Source: an uncultured Candidatus Methylacidiphilales bacterium
GTDB taxonomy: Bacteria > Verrucomicrobiota > Verrucomicrobiia > Methylacidiphilales > UBA1321
Length of the DNA stretch: 45,888 nt
Direction of reading: 5' to 3'
Assembly: GCA_964658475.1 (NCBI GenBank)
Contig: CAZZYY010000002.1
Coordinates: 1-45,888, forward strand
Part shown: piece after piece, positions 1-12,100 of the stretch
Numbering within the stretch: the stretch's first letter is position 1
Layout: every line of letters starts with the position of its first letter
Translations under genes and position numbers: made by a program
The notes under the pieces: generated by a model
What the model saw: the letters and a program-made list of their open reading frames with translations, nothing else
What the model was told of the DNA's origin: nothing
Databases searched by the model: none

Positions 1-42
1 GCCGAGCCAGCTTTACGCTTCGAGGCGCTCTGAGGGTTATCC

Positions 43-1815
43 TCAGAGAATTTCCGGATATAACCGGGCGGCGATGGCGTCGAGTTCCTGCTGGTTGGCC
101 TCCGCCGTTTCGCTCTGCACGAAACGCCCGACCAATTCCTGCGCCTCCGCATAGCTCAGCGCCTGAATGGCCCGCTTGATGCGCGGAATGGCGTTGGGGA
201 TGGCGGAAAGCTCGTCGATGCCGAGGCCGACGAGCATGGGCATGAGCACGACGTCCGAGGCCATTTCGCCGCAGACGCCGACCCAGATGCCGGCGGCGTG
301 GGCGGCGTCGACCACGTTCTTGAGCAGCCGCACGACGGCGGGATGCGCGGGCTGGTACATGGCGGAGACCTTCTCGTTGCCGCGGTCGATCGCGAGCGTG
401 TACTGGATGAGGTCGTTGCTGCCGACGCTGAAAAAGCTGACGTGGCGCGCGAGGACATCGGCAATTAGAGCCGCTGACGGCACCTCGATCATCACGCCGC
501 AATCCATGGTTTCCGGCTGCGCGATGCCCTCGGCCCGCAGCTCGGCGCGCACTTCCTCGAGCATGCCGCAGGCGAACTTCACCTCGTTGACGTCGGAGAC
601 CATGGGGAACATGACCTTGACGTTGCCGTCCGTGTTGGCGCGGCAAATGGCGCGCAGTTGCGTGCGGAAGAGATCGGGGCGGCCCATGGAGTAGCGGATG
701 CCGCGGAAGCCGAGGAACGGATTGATCTCCTGGTCGATGCCGAGGTGCGGCCGCTTTTTGTCGCCGCCCACGTCGAGCGTGCGGATGATGACTGCCGCAG
801 GCTTCGAGGCCTGGGCCATCTGCGTGTAGATTTCGGCCTGCGTGTCCTCGCTGGGGAACTCGTCCTCGTTGAGGAAGAGGTATTCGGTGCGCATGAGGCC
901 AATGCCCTCCGCGCCGTGTTCCTGCAGCAGCGGGAGGTCCTCCGCCAACTCGACGTTGCCGGCCACGGTGATGCGGCGCTGGTCGAGCGTAACGGGCAGC
1001 GTTTCGCGCAGCTCGTCGAGCTTGGCATCGACCACGTCGTGCTCGTGCTCGCGGGCGCCGTAGTCGGCCTTGGTCTGCTCGCTGGGCATGACGATGAAGA
1101 GGCCCTCGTACCCATCGACCAGCACCTCGACGCCGGGCTCGATGCGGCTGAGGCCCTTGATACCGACCACGGCCGGCAGGTTGAGCGAGCGCGCCATGAT
1201 GGCGGAGTGGGAGGTGCGACTGCCGGCCTCGGTCACGATACCGCGGACCAGCTTGCGATCGAAGCCGGCGGTGTCGGAGGGCGAGAGATCGTGCGCGAGC
1301 ACAATGGAAGGCACGTCCATGCCCTGAAGTTCCGTCTGCGCCTTGCCCTGGAGATTGCGCAGCACGCGGCGGGAGACATCCGCAAAATCGGCGGCGCGCT
1401 CGCGGAAGTAGTCGTCGTCGAGCTCGCGCATGCGCCGCGTGTAGACGCGCACCACTTGCTCATAGGCGAAGTCGACATTCACGAGGCGGCTGAAGACCTG
1501 TTCCTTAACCGACTCGATGAGCGAGCTGTCCTCGAGCGAGAGGATGTGCGCGTCGAAAATGCTCGCGTCGGTTTCGCCGACGGAGGCGGCCATCTGGTTG
1601 CGGATGGCGGTGATTTGCTGCCGGGTCTTGAGCAGCGCGGCCTCGAACCGGGTCAGTTCATTGGCGACATCTTCCGGGCGGATGCGGCGCTTGCGGACGA
1701 TGTGCTCATCCGCATAGAGCAGGACAGCGGGGCCCCAGACGATCCCCGGCGAGACGGCGAGACCTTTGTATCTTGTTTCGGTTGTGGGCGTTGGGGCCGG
1801 CGTCTCGTCGGGCAC
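43..1815 (-). CDS. ptsI: PTS enzyme I, phosphoenolpyruvate-protein phosphotransferase
   Basis: 590 aa. Phospho-His motif GSRTSHSAIMAR; GIGLMRTE, RTLDVGGDK, NPFLGFRGIR, SVGSNDLIQY and GVCGE motifs. No N-terminal GAF domain. Confidence 0.96.
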   Translation of the reverse strand: MPDETPAPTPTTETRYKGLAVSPGIVWGPAVLLYADEHIVRKRRIRPEDVANELTRFEAALLKTRQQITAIRNQMAASVGETDASIFDAHILSLEDSSLIESVKEQVFSRLVNVDFAYEQVVRVYTRRMRELDDDYFRERAADFADVSRRVLRNLQGKAQTELQGMDVPSIVLAHDLSPSDTAGFDRKLVRGIVTEAGSRTSHSAIMARSLNLPAVVGIKGLSRIEPGVEVLVDGYEGLFIVMPSEQTKADYGAREHEHDVVDAKLDELRETLPVTLDQRRITVAGNVELAEDLPLLQEHGAEGIGLMRTEYLFLNEDEFPSEDTQAEIYTQMAQASKPAAVIIRTLDVGGDKKRPHLGIDQEINPFLGFRGIRYSMGRPDLFRTQLRAICRANTDGNVKVMFPMVSDVNEVKFACGMLEEVRAELRAEGIAQPETMDCGVMIEVPSAALIADVLARHVSFFSVGSNDLIQYTLAIDRGNEKVSAMYQPAHPAVVRLLKNVVDAAHAAGIWVGVCGEMASDVVLMPMLVGLGIDELSAIPNAIPRIKRAIQALSYAEAQELVGRFVQSETAEANQQELDAIAARLYPEIL

Positions 1816-1828
1816 GGCGCCACGTTGC

Positions 1829-2131
1829 TTACTCTTCGTCGAATTTGCGAGCTATTAATTCCTCGAGCGCTTTCACGAGGTCGGCGGAGTCCGAACCGGT
1901 ACAGGTCACCTTCAACCGAGAGCCGCAGCCCGCGGCCAGCAGCATCAGGCCCATGATGCTCTTGCCGTTGATCTCCTCGCCGTCCTTCTCGACGATGATG
2001 TCGGAGGAAAAGCGGTTGGCCACGCGGACGAACATGGCCGCGGGCCGGGCATGGAGGCCCAGCTTGTTGGAGACGACGAGTTCCCGCACCACGGAAGCGC
2101 CGGTCGGTTGATTTTTTGCTGCGGAAGCCAT
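1829..2131 (-). CDS. ptsH: Phosphocarrier protein HPr
   Basis: NKLGLHARPAA (His15 site) and NGKSIMGLMLL (Ser46 site). Lies between hprK and ptsI. Confidence 0.96.
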   Translation of the reverse strand: MASAAKNQPTGASVVRELVVSNKLGLHARPAAMFVRVANRFSSDIIVEKDGEEINGKSIMGLMLLAAGCGSRLKVTCTGSDSADLVKALEELIARKFDEE

Positions 2132-2151
2132 TTTAGCGGTGCGTAAGGGCC

Positions 2152-3147
2152 TTAATTACCTCGGTTTCCAATAGCTTTCAACAATCTTTCGTTGAATTCA
2201 ACTGCGGAATTCTGGCCCATGCTCTTGAGCTTCTGGTCGAGAGCGGCCACTTCGACGAGATTGGCCAGATTCCGCCCGTGTCTGACCGGGATGGTGACGT
2301 GGGGGATGCGGATTTGCAGGATTTCGTAATAATCCTGCTCCAGGCCGATGCGGTCGATCTCCGGCACCTCATGCCAATCCTGGAGCGTCACGACCATGTC
2401 GAGCCGTTTCTCGAAGCGGATGGAGCGGACGCCATAGATGCTGGCAATGTTGATGATGCCGAGGCCGCGCACCTCCATGTGGAAGCGCGAGAGGTCGGAC
2501 GAGGTGCCGATCAACTCGCGGCCTTCCAGCGAGCGGATGCGCGTGATGTCGTCGGCGACAAGGCTGTGGCCGCGTTCCACGAGCGAGAGCACGCACTCGC
2601 TTTTGCCGATGCCGCTGGCGCCGCGGACCATGACGCCGATGCCGAGGATATCGACCATGCTGCCGTGCTCGGTGGTGGTGGGAGCGAAATCGAGCTCCAT
2701 GCAGATGGTCGTCGTGTTGACCAGCCGCATGGTTGTTAGCGGCGACTTGAAGACGGCGATGTTCATCTCCTCGGCGAGCTCGAGCACGAGCTTGGGCGGA
2801 TTGATGTTGCGCGCGAAGATGAGGCAGGGGATGCGGCTCTTGAAGAGTTCGCGCAGGCGCGCGCGGCTTTGCCGTTCGGGCAGCGACTTGAGGAACTGGG
2901 TCTCGCTGCTGCCGATGACCTGCACGCGGTGACAGGCGAACGCGGCGTAAAAGCCGGCCAGGGCCAAGCCGGGACGGTTGACGGCGCCCTCGACGATTCG
3001 CTTTTGCAAGCCGCCCGCGCCGGCGAGCAGCTTGAGGTGCAGTTGGTCCGCGTGGTTGGTGTAAAGCTGGCCAACGGTGACGTGCGGGAGGCTCTTTTTC
3101 TTCACGGGAGGGAACTCCGTTTTGCGCTTAGAAGCGGGCTTTCGCAA
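2152..3147 (-). CDS. hprK: HPr(Ser) kinase/phosphorylase
   Basis: Walker A GASGIGKSE, LVADD, MEVRGLGII and NRPGLALAG. The TTG start is uncertain. Confidence 0.95.
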   Translation of the reverse strand: MRKPASKRKTEFPPVKKKSLPHVTVGQLYTNHADQLHLKLLAGAGGLQKRIVEGAVNRPGLALAGFYAAFACHRVQVIGSSETQFLKSLPERQSRARLRELFKSRIPCLIFARNINPPKLVLELAEEMNIAVFKSPLTTMRLVNTTTICMELDFAPTTTEHGSMVDILGIGVMVRGASGIGKSECVLSLVERGHSLVADDITRIRSLEGRELIGTSSDLSRFHMEVRGLGIINIASIYGVRSIRFEKRLDMVVTLQDWHEVPEIDRIGLEQDYYEILQIRIPHVTIPVRHGRNLANLVEVAALDQKLKSMGQNSAVEFNERLLKAIGNRGN

Positions 3148-3176
3148 TACGATTCGGAGGTGCGATGAGACTTCGG

Positions 3177-3274
3177 GACGGAATTACGGGGGATGACGGA
3201 ATTAACGGAATTTATGGCAGAATGATCCGCACCCCTCGAAGTCCGTTAATTCCGTCTGCAGTCGTAATTTCGTC
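3177..3274. repeat. Nested inverted repeat built from ACGGAATT units (REP/MITE-like)
   Basis: GACGGAATTAACGGA (3195-3209) pairs perfectly with TCCGTTAATTCCGTC (3242-3256). Outer GACGGAATTACG (3177-3188) pairs with CGTAATTTCGTC (3263-3274) with one mismatch. Confidence 0.8.
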
Positions 3275-3283
3275 ATGGTTCCC

Positions 3284-5803
3284 TCACCGCCACTCGTGCT
3301 TGGGATACTTGCGCGAGAGCTCCTGCTTGATCTTGGGGTAGCTCTCTTTCCAGAAGTTCGCTAGGTCGCTGGTGATTTGGACGGGGCGGTTGTTCGGGGC
3401 GAGCACCTGGATGGTGACGGGCGTGCGGCCCTTGGCGACGGTCAGGTTGGTGACGCCGTATAAATCCTGGATGCGGGCGGCGGTCATGGGCGCGCTGCCG
3501 GGCGTGTAGATGATCCGGGCCTTGCGGCCGCCAGGGAGCTCGAAGCGCTCGGGCGCGTGCTGGTCGAGGGCGCGCTGAAGCGGGGCGGAGAGCCAGCCGC
3601 GCAACACGGGCCAGACCTCGGCGTCCTTGATCTGCTTGTAGGTGAACGAGCCGTGGACGATCTGGCCGATGATGGTGCGTTTGGCTTCTTCGTCGACGAC
3701 CGGGAGGCCGAGCTCGGGCATCCAGACGCGCAGGCATTCGAGGCGGAGCAGCCATTGCTCGACGGCGTCGTCCCAGTTCTTGAGCGGCGCGCGGCCGGTC
3801 AGGACTTCCTCGGTCAACAGTCGCGCGGCGGCCTCGGGATCGGTGGCGTCGCGTTCCACGAAGTCGAGCACGAGGTCGCGGAAGAGACGCGTCCGCCTGG
3901 TGACCACGCGGCGGGCGACGGGATCGTAGGCGGTTTCCTCGCCCTCGCTGAAATCGTCCGGGAAGAGTTCGCGCAGCCACTCTTCCTTCACGGCTGTGGC
4001 CTGGCTGAGGAGGACGCGCAGTTCGTCGCGCGATTCCACCTCGCGGATCTCAGCGGCGACGAGCAGGTCGGCCTCGCGCACCCAGCTGTCGCGCACGAGC
4101 TCGCCGGTCCGCTTGTGCACCAGGCGGCAGCGCAACGTGCCCTTGTCGACGCGGCGCGCGAGCTGATCGGAAAAACCGGTGAGGACGCAGCGCTGGATGG
4201 CCTCGGAGGCGGCCGGCTTTTCGCTCACGTCGAGCCTGGCGCGTTCGGCGAGGCGGAGGAGTTGCTCCAGTGCGCCGGCGACCTCGCGCGCGCCGCCGGC
4301 GTGGATGCCGAGCTGGCGACATTTCTGCGGATCGAAGTTGCGGCCCTGGGCGAAACGCCAGGCGCGCATGAGGGTGAAGAAGTCGGAGGTCCCCTCGCCG
4401 CCGAGCACGTCCTCGCGCAGCTCGTCCATGCGCTTGCCCTCGCTGCGCAGGAGGATGCCGCGGCTTTGCGACAAGGCGGCGATGAGCGCTGCGGCGCGCA
4501 CGCAGCCGAGGGCGTCGGCGGCGAGCAGCATGCGGGCGTAGCGGGGATGGGTGGGGAAAGCCGCCATGCGCCGGCCGGTCTCGGTCAGGCGGTCGGCGTG
4601 GTCAAGCGCGCCGAGATCGCGCAGCAACTCGACGCCGCGCGCGAAGGATTTCGCCTCGGGCGGTTCGATCCACGGGAACGCGGCCAGGTCCTCGATGCCG
4701 CTGGCTTTCAGACCGAGCAGCGCGCCGCTGAGTTCCAGGCGCCGGATCTCCGGGGGCGTCTGCAGCGGGCGGGCCTCGTGTTCGCGTTCCGTCCAAAGGC
4801 GCACGCCGTGGCCCGACGCCGTGCGGCCAGCGCGGCCCAAGCGCTGCTGGGCGGAGGCGCGGCTGATTTTTTCGATGAGCAGGGTGTTGATGCCGCGATG
4901 GGGATCGAACCGCGCGACGCGGGCGAGGCCGCTGTCGATCACCGCGCGCACACCGTCGATGGTCAGCGAGGTTTCCGCCACGTTGGTGGAGACGATGATC
5001 TTGCGTTTGGGCCCGGGCGTGACGGCAGCGTCCTGCTCGGCGGGCGGCAGCTCGCCGTGGAGCGCGTGCAGGGCAAAGCCGGCGGTGGCGGAGCTGTTGC
5101 GCAGGGCGTTGAGCGTGCGGGAGATTTCGAAGCTGCCGGGCATGAAGACGAGGATGTCGCCCTCCGGGCAGGTGCCGTTGCGGAGGATGCGCTCGCAGGC
5201 TTCCGCGGCCTGTTCCCAGATTGGCGCTTCGTCGGGCTTGGGCAGATATTCCAGCGTGACGGCGTGGGCCTGGCCGCCGGAGGTCAGCACCTCGCACGGC
5301 GTGAGATACTCCTGAAGCAGTGCACTCTCGAGCGTGGCCGACATGACGACGATCTTCAGGTCAGGCCGCGCGGTGCGTTGAATCTGCCGCGCCCGCGCGA
5401 GCGCGATGTCGCCTTCCAGGTGGCGCTCGTGGAACTCGTCGAAGATGAGGACGCTGACGCCTGAGAGCCGCGGATCGGCCTGCATCTGGCGGAGCAGGAT
5501 GCCCTCCGTGATATAGAGGATGCGCGTGCGCGGGCCGGAGACGTTTTCGAGACGGTATTGGAAACCGACCTCCTCGCCGAGCGTGACGCCGCGTTCCTGC
5601 GCCACGCGGCGGGCCAGCAAGCGGGCGGCGACGCGCCGCGGTTGCAGGATCACGACGCGCCCGTCCCCGGCCACGCCGTCGTCGACGAGATATTGCGGGA
5701 CCTGCGTCGACTTGCCGGAGCCGGTGGGCGCCTGAATGACAACTTGGCCATTGGCGCGGAGGGTCCGCGACAGGTCAGCGCGTAGGGAGGAAATCGGAAG
5801 CAT
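3284..5803 (-). CDS. hrpB: ATP-dependent DEAH-box RNA helicase HrpB
   Basis: APTGSGKST, QPRRVAAR, DEFHER, MSAT, TNVAETSLTI and QRLGRAGR; HrpB C-terminus FWKESYPKIKQELSRKYPKHEW. Confidence 0.95.
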   Translation of the reverse strand: MLPISSLRADLSRTLRANGQVVIQAPTGSGKSTQVPQYLVDDGVAGDGRVVILQPRRVAARLLARRVAQERGVTLGEEVGFQYRLENVSGPRTRILYITEGILLRQMQADPRLSGVSVLIFDEFHERHLEGDIALARARQIQRTARPDLKIVVMSATLESALLQEYLTPCEVLTSGGQAHAVTLEYLPKPDEAPIWEQAAEACERILRNGTCPEGDILVFMPGSFEISRTLNALRNSSATAGFALHALHGELPPAEQDAAVTPGPKRKIIVSTNVAETSLTIDGVRAVIDSGLARVARFDPHRGINTLLIEKISRASAQQRLGRAGRTASGHGVRLWTEREHEARPLQTPPEIRRLELSGALLGLKASGIEDLAAFPWIEPPEAKSFARGVELLRDLGALDHADRLTETGRRMAAFPTHPRYARMLLAADALGCVRAAALIAALSQSRGILLRSEGKRMDELREDVLGGEGTSDFFTLMRAWRFAQGRNFDPQKCRQLGIHAGGAREVAGALEQLLRLAERARLDVSEKPAASEAIQRCVLTGFSDQLARRVDKGTLRCRLVHKRTGELVRDSWVREADLLVAAEIREVESRDELRVLLSQATAVKEEWLRELFPDDFSEGEETAYDPVARRVVTRRTRLFRDLVLDFVERDATDPEAAARLLTEEVLTGRAPLKNWDDAVEQWLLRLECLRVWMPELGLPVVDEEAKRTIIGQIVHGSFTYKQIKDAEVWPVLRGWLSAPLQRALDQHAPERFELPGGRKARIIYTPGSAPMTAARIQDLYGVTNLTVAKGRTPVTIQVLAPNNRPVQITSDLANFWKESYPKIKQELSRKYPKHEWR

Positions 5804-5899
5804 GGAGGGTCGAGCCTAGGCTATTTCCGAGGGAGCTGCACGCTTACAGGTGTTCCAGCGTGGGGTTGCCCGGGCGACAGGCCTTGGAAGCGAGAGGAA

Positions 5900-5936
5900 A
5901 GGTCCTTCGACTCCGCTTCGCTCCGCTCAGGATGAC
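5900..5936. repeat. REP-like palindromic element (single arm of the GTCATCCTGAGCG...GAAGGACCT type)
   Basis: Minus strand reads GTCATCCTGAGCGGAGCGAAGCGGAGTCGAAGGACCT, a widespread intergenic repeat type recognised from memory. No partner arm seen. Confidence 0.6.
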
Positions 5937-5990
5937 GGAATTCAAAACGCCCGCGCTTGCTTTTAAGCCATTCGCCGCCGATGGCGAGGA

Positions 5991-6113
5991 TCAGAAGGCG
6001 TGGAACAAATTCCACAGCCATTGGGCCACCACCTGCACGAAGCCGAGCCACAGGCCGATGGCCAGAATCAGAAAGGCGAACAGGCCGAGCCAGAAATAAG
6101 GCGAGGGCTTCAC
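5991..6113 (-). CDS. Small hydrophobic membrane protein, 40 aa (absent from the ORF track)
   Basis: GTG start 1 nt after the rrf2 TGA. Translates as MKPSPYFWLGLFAFLILAIGLWLGFVQVVAQWLWNLFHAF*, with mostly G/C-ending codons. Confidence 0.7.
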   Translation of the reverse strand: MKPSPYFWLGLFAFLILAIGLWLGFVQVVAQWLWNLFHAF

Positions 6114-6114
6114 G

Positions 6115-6585
6115 TCAGATGTCGAACTGCCACTCCGTCGTGCGGGTGGCGCGGTGCTTCTGCACCTCGGCGATGAGGCGGCTGAGCTGGTAGGAATCGA
6201 GAATGCCGGCCAGGGCGTCGCGCACCTGCTTCATCGCGATGTGCAGGCCGCAGGATTCCTCGTCGGGGCAGGAACATCGCTCGTAGGCAGTAAGGCTGAC
6301 GCAGGGGATCGGGGCGAGCGGGCCGTCGAGCAGGCGGATGACTTCGCCGAGGGTGATCTGGTCGGGCGGCTTGGCCAGGGAGTACCCGCCCTCCACGCCG
6401 CGCTTGCTGCGAAGCACGCCGCCGTTGCGCAGCGCGAGGAGAATCTGCTCGAGAAACTTTTCCGGGATGTTGGTGCGCTGCGCCACGGTCGAAATCTGGA
6501 TGAGCGCGCCGGGGCGTCGATGCGCCTCGAAGCCGATCTCGACCAGTGCGCGCACGGCGTACTCGCCCTTTTTGGAGAGCCTCAT
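6115..6585 (-). CDS. Rrf2-family transcriptional regulator (IscR/CymR-like, Cys-rich)
   Basis: MRLSKKGEYAVRAL, FLEQILLAL..GVLRSKRGVEGGYSL and PIPCVS-CSCPDEESCGLH. Start trimmed to ATG 6585. Confidence 0.92.
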   Translation of the reverse strand: MRLSKKGEYAVRALVEIGFEAHRRPGALIQISTVAQRTNIPEKFLEQILLALRNGGVLRSKRGVEGGYSLAKPPDQITLGEVIRLLDGPLAPIPCVSLTAYERCSCPDEESCGLHIAMKQVRDALAGILDSYQLSRLIAEVQKHRATRTTEWQFDI

Positions 6586-6590
6586 TCCGA

Positions 6591-6619
6591 ATTCTCGACC
6601 AATCAGATCGGGTATGCAA
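6591..6619 (-). promoter_or_regulatory. rrf2 sigma70-like promoter overlapped by a 25-bp Rrf2 operator
   Basis: Minus strand TTGCAT-17nt-GAGAAT-5nt-ATG. 6591-6615 is the imperfect palindrome ATACCCGATCTGATTGGTCGAGAAT, similar to the IscR type-1 consensus ATASYYGACTRwwwYAGTCRRSTAT. Confidence 0.7.
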
Positions 6620-6628
6620 GTTTGCCGC

Positions 6629-7900
6629 ATGTCCGACAAGCCAACGGCGCCTTCTTTCGCCCGGGCGCTCGCCTTTTGGGCGAAGCTGGGCTGGATCGGC
6701 TTTGGCGGACCAACCGGCCAGATCGCCATCATGCACGAGGAACTGGTGGTCCGCCGCGCGTGGATGGCGGAAGCCGATTTTCTCCAGGGATTGAATTATT
6801 GCCTGATGCTGCCCGGACCGGAGGCGCAGCAGTTCGCGACTTACCTGGGCTGGAGACTGCACGGGACGCGCGGGGCGCTTGCGGCAGGAGCTCTTTTCTT
6901 TCTACCGGCGATGTTGATTCTCTGGGTGCTGAGCCTGGTTTACGTGCTGTTTGGCGCGGTGCCGACGATTGCGGCGGCGTTTTACGGCCTGAGTCCCGGC
7001 GTGCTGGCCATCATTGTGCGCGCCTTGTTTTTACTGGCCCGCCGCACGGTGAAGACGCCGGTGGACATCGCGCTCGCGGTGGGGGCGGCGCTCCTCATGG
7101 TGATGCTGCATGGCAATTACCCGGTGATCATCCTCGGAGCCGCTGGTGCCGGCGCCGTACTTTACCGGAAGCAGGCTGCGGAGCCGGCCGCCGCCGCGGA
7201 AGCGTCTTCGGCACTCCGGCCGCGTCATCTCCTTCGCACCGCCGCCTGCTGCGTTCTCGCCTGGGTAACGCCGCTTCTCGTTGCCGTGCTGATGCTGGGC
7301 AACCGCAACCGGATTGCGGCGGAGGGAATCTTCTTCGCGAAGACGGCGCTGATCACGTTCGGCGGCGCTTATGTCGTGCTGCCGTACGTGACGCAGCACG
7401 CGGTGGCCACGCATCACTGGCTGACGAGCGATGACATGCTGCACGGGCTCGCGCTCGCCGGAACGATTCCCGGGCCGTTGGTCATCGTGGTCCAATTCGT
7501 GGCGTTCGTCGGCGCGTGGCACCGGCCAGGGCTGATGCCGCCGCTTCTCGCCGCGACGCTGGCCTCGCTCCTGGCCACCTGGATGACCTTTGTTCCATCG
7601 TTTTTGTATATCCTGATCGGCGGGCCGTTCCTGCAAAAGCTCGTCCGGATTCGGCTGCTGCAGGGCGCGCTGCGGGCCATTTCCGCGGCGGTGATCGGGG
7701 TGATGATCGATTTCGCCGTCTGGTTCGGACGGACCGTTCTCTTTCCGGCCCACGCGGGACGCTACCCCGATGCCTTCGTGCTCGTGCTTGGCCTGCTCGC
7801 CCTGGGGGCCTTGATGCGGTTTCGGGTCAGCGTGCCTGCCCTGCTCGGTGCCTGCGCGGCGGCGGGCATTCTGTATCGCCTACTGGTGCCGGCGACCTAA
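6629..7900 (+). CDS. chrA: Long-chain chromate ion transporter (CHR family)
   Basis: Duplicated CHR halves: GFGGPTGQ...LPGPEA and TFGGAY...IPGPL. Highly hydrophobic. Start trimmed to ATG 6629. Confidence 0.9.
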   Translation: MSDKPTAPSFARALAFWAKLGWIGFGGPTGQIAIMHEELVVRRAWMAEADFLQGLNYCLMLPGPEAQQFATYLGWRLHGTRGALAAGALFFLPAMLILWVLSLVYVLFGAVPTIAAAFYGLSPGVLAIIVRALFLLARRTVKTPVDIALAVGAALLMVMLHGNYPVIILGAAGAGAVLYRKQAAEPAAAAEASSALRPRHLLRTAACCVLAWVTPLLVAVLMLGNRNRIAAEGIFFAKTALITFGGAYVVLPYVTQHAVATHHWLTSDDMLHGLALAGTIPGPLVIVVQFVAFVGAWHRPGLMPPLLAATLASLLATWMTFVPSFLYILIGGPFLQKLVRIRLLQGALRAISAAVIGVMIDFAVWFGRTVLFPAHAGRYPDAFVLVLGLLALGALMRFRVSVPALLGACAAAGILYRLLVPAT

Positions 7901-8442
7901 TCGAGCAAGTCGTAGATGTTGTCGCCGAAGCCGAGATTGATCAGCTTCCACGTCTTGTCGGGCCGGTAGTAGATGAACCGCCAGAGCAGCGGCTGGGTGG
8001 GATGGCGCGAGAGGTAGGTCAGCACGAGCACGTTGGAGCCGACGCTGTAGTTGTCGAAGATCTCGGCGTCCTTCAGCGGGCCGTAGATGCCGAACGCCTC
8101 CTGCGTCTTGGAGATGAAGTAGGAGGTCTTTTCCTTTTGGTCGCCCAGCATGGTGCCGGCGAGAAACGCATCGTAAGCCTTCTCGTAGAAGTCCTGGGAA
8201 TTGGGCGGCGCGGTGGGGTCGCCCTGCAGGGTCTTGAAGAAGGAATTGACCGCCTGGGCGACCTCGGCCGGCGGCGCGGTGGGATTGGGCTTATGGTTAA
8301 GCGTGAGCGGCATGATGCCGCGCGGCGGGGCCGGGTTGGCCGTGGTTGCGGGCGCGGGGCTGTCGCCGCCTGCCGGGGTGACCGACTGGGCGCGGGCAAC
8401 GAGGTCAAGCGCGAGGAAGGCGAGGAGGAGCAGACGTTTCAT
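7897..8442 (-). CDS. Secreted hypothetical protein
   Basis: Signal peptide MKRLLLLAFLAL..ARA and a Pro/Ala linker. Last gene of the gcvP run; its stop overlaps the chrA stop. Confidence 0.75.
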   Translation of the reverse strand: MKRLLLLAFLALDLVARAQSVTPAGGDSPAPATTANPAPPRGIMPLTLNHKPNPTAPPAEVAQAVNSFFKTLQGDPTAPPNSQDFYEKAYDAFLAGTMLGDQKEKTSYFISKTQEAFGIYGPLKDAEIFDNYSVGSNVLVLTYLSRHPTQPLLWRFIYYRPDKTWKLINLGFGDNIYDLLD

Positions 8443-8448
8443 AGAAAA

Positions 8449-9056
8449 TCAGGACTCGAGGAGGGCACGCAATTTCTCGCGCGCGCGTTGCGTGACCGGC
8501 AGGCCGTGGGCGAAGGTGAGCGTGTGGAAGTCGAGGTTGAGGAGCCTGGCAAGCGACCGTCGGTTTTCGCGCGGGTCCTCGCAATATTTGTCAGGCAGCA
8601 GCTCGAGGCCCTTTTCGCTGTCGAGATTGATGACCGCATCGCCCAGCGCCACCACGCCCCCGTCGAAATAGAAGGCGGTCTCGCCCGGCGCCGCGCCGGG
8701 TATGGGAATGGCCGAAGCCCCATAGATCAACTCGCTCTCGAGCAGCGTGACGTCGGGGACCAGCGGCGAGACCGCCTTGTGCGCGCCGATGGACGTGACG
8801 ATCGGGACCTTGTTCTTTTGGCGCAGCGCCTCCGCGGCGCGGACGTGATTGCCGTTGGTCAGCAGGATGGCGCGGAGCGGGGCGTCGGCGATCAACTCCG
8901 TCCAGGCTTCGTCCGCGAGCGGAACCGGGTCGACGACGACGAGGCCGCTCGTCACCTTGACCGCGATGCTGCCGACCTCGCACTTGCAGGAAGGATCGTA
9001 GACCGACCAGTGGAAGAGGGTCGGGCTCAGCGCCTGCAACTCATCGGCGCACGCAG

Positions 9057-9060
<4 letters not shown>
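8449..9060 (-). CDS. MBL-fold protein with degenerate metal motifs
   Basis: ATGA overlap with gcv[24 protein letters not shown] and LTFAHG occupy the MBL motif positions. Confidence 0.75.
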
Positions 9061-12011
<2,951 letters not shown>

Positions 12012-12016
12012 GGGTC

Positions 12017-12044
12017 ATGCTAAAAGTGACCTGAGACAAATCAA
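12017..12044 (-). promoter_or_regulatory. Putative sigma70 promoter of gcvP (probably leaderless)
   Basis: Minus strand TTGATT-16nt-TAGCAT-5nt-ATG, with no Shine-Dalgarno sequence. Confidence 0.5.
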
Positions 12045-12100
12045 GCGGGGATTGGAAAGGAGTCTTCCCGCGAATCGGCATTCAGAGCGCGATGCGCGCT

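Noticed and set aside
3177-3274. CRISPR-like repeats
   Set aside because: The units are short and inverted, with no unique spacers and no cas genes.
3557-5464. 635-aa plus-strand ORF
   Set aside because: Antisense shadow of hrpB, expected from high-GC codon bias, with no recognisable motifs.
5821-6051. 76-aa ORF containing RHPERSEAESKDL
   Set aside because: It is a translation of the REP-like element and overlaps the better-supported 40-aa ORF.
12012-12100. Glycine riboswitch upstream of gcvP (TCTCAGG is present on the minus strand)
   Set aside because: The other aptamer motifs are missing, the space is too short, and the promoter appears to abut the ATG.
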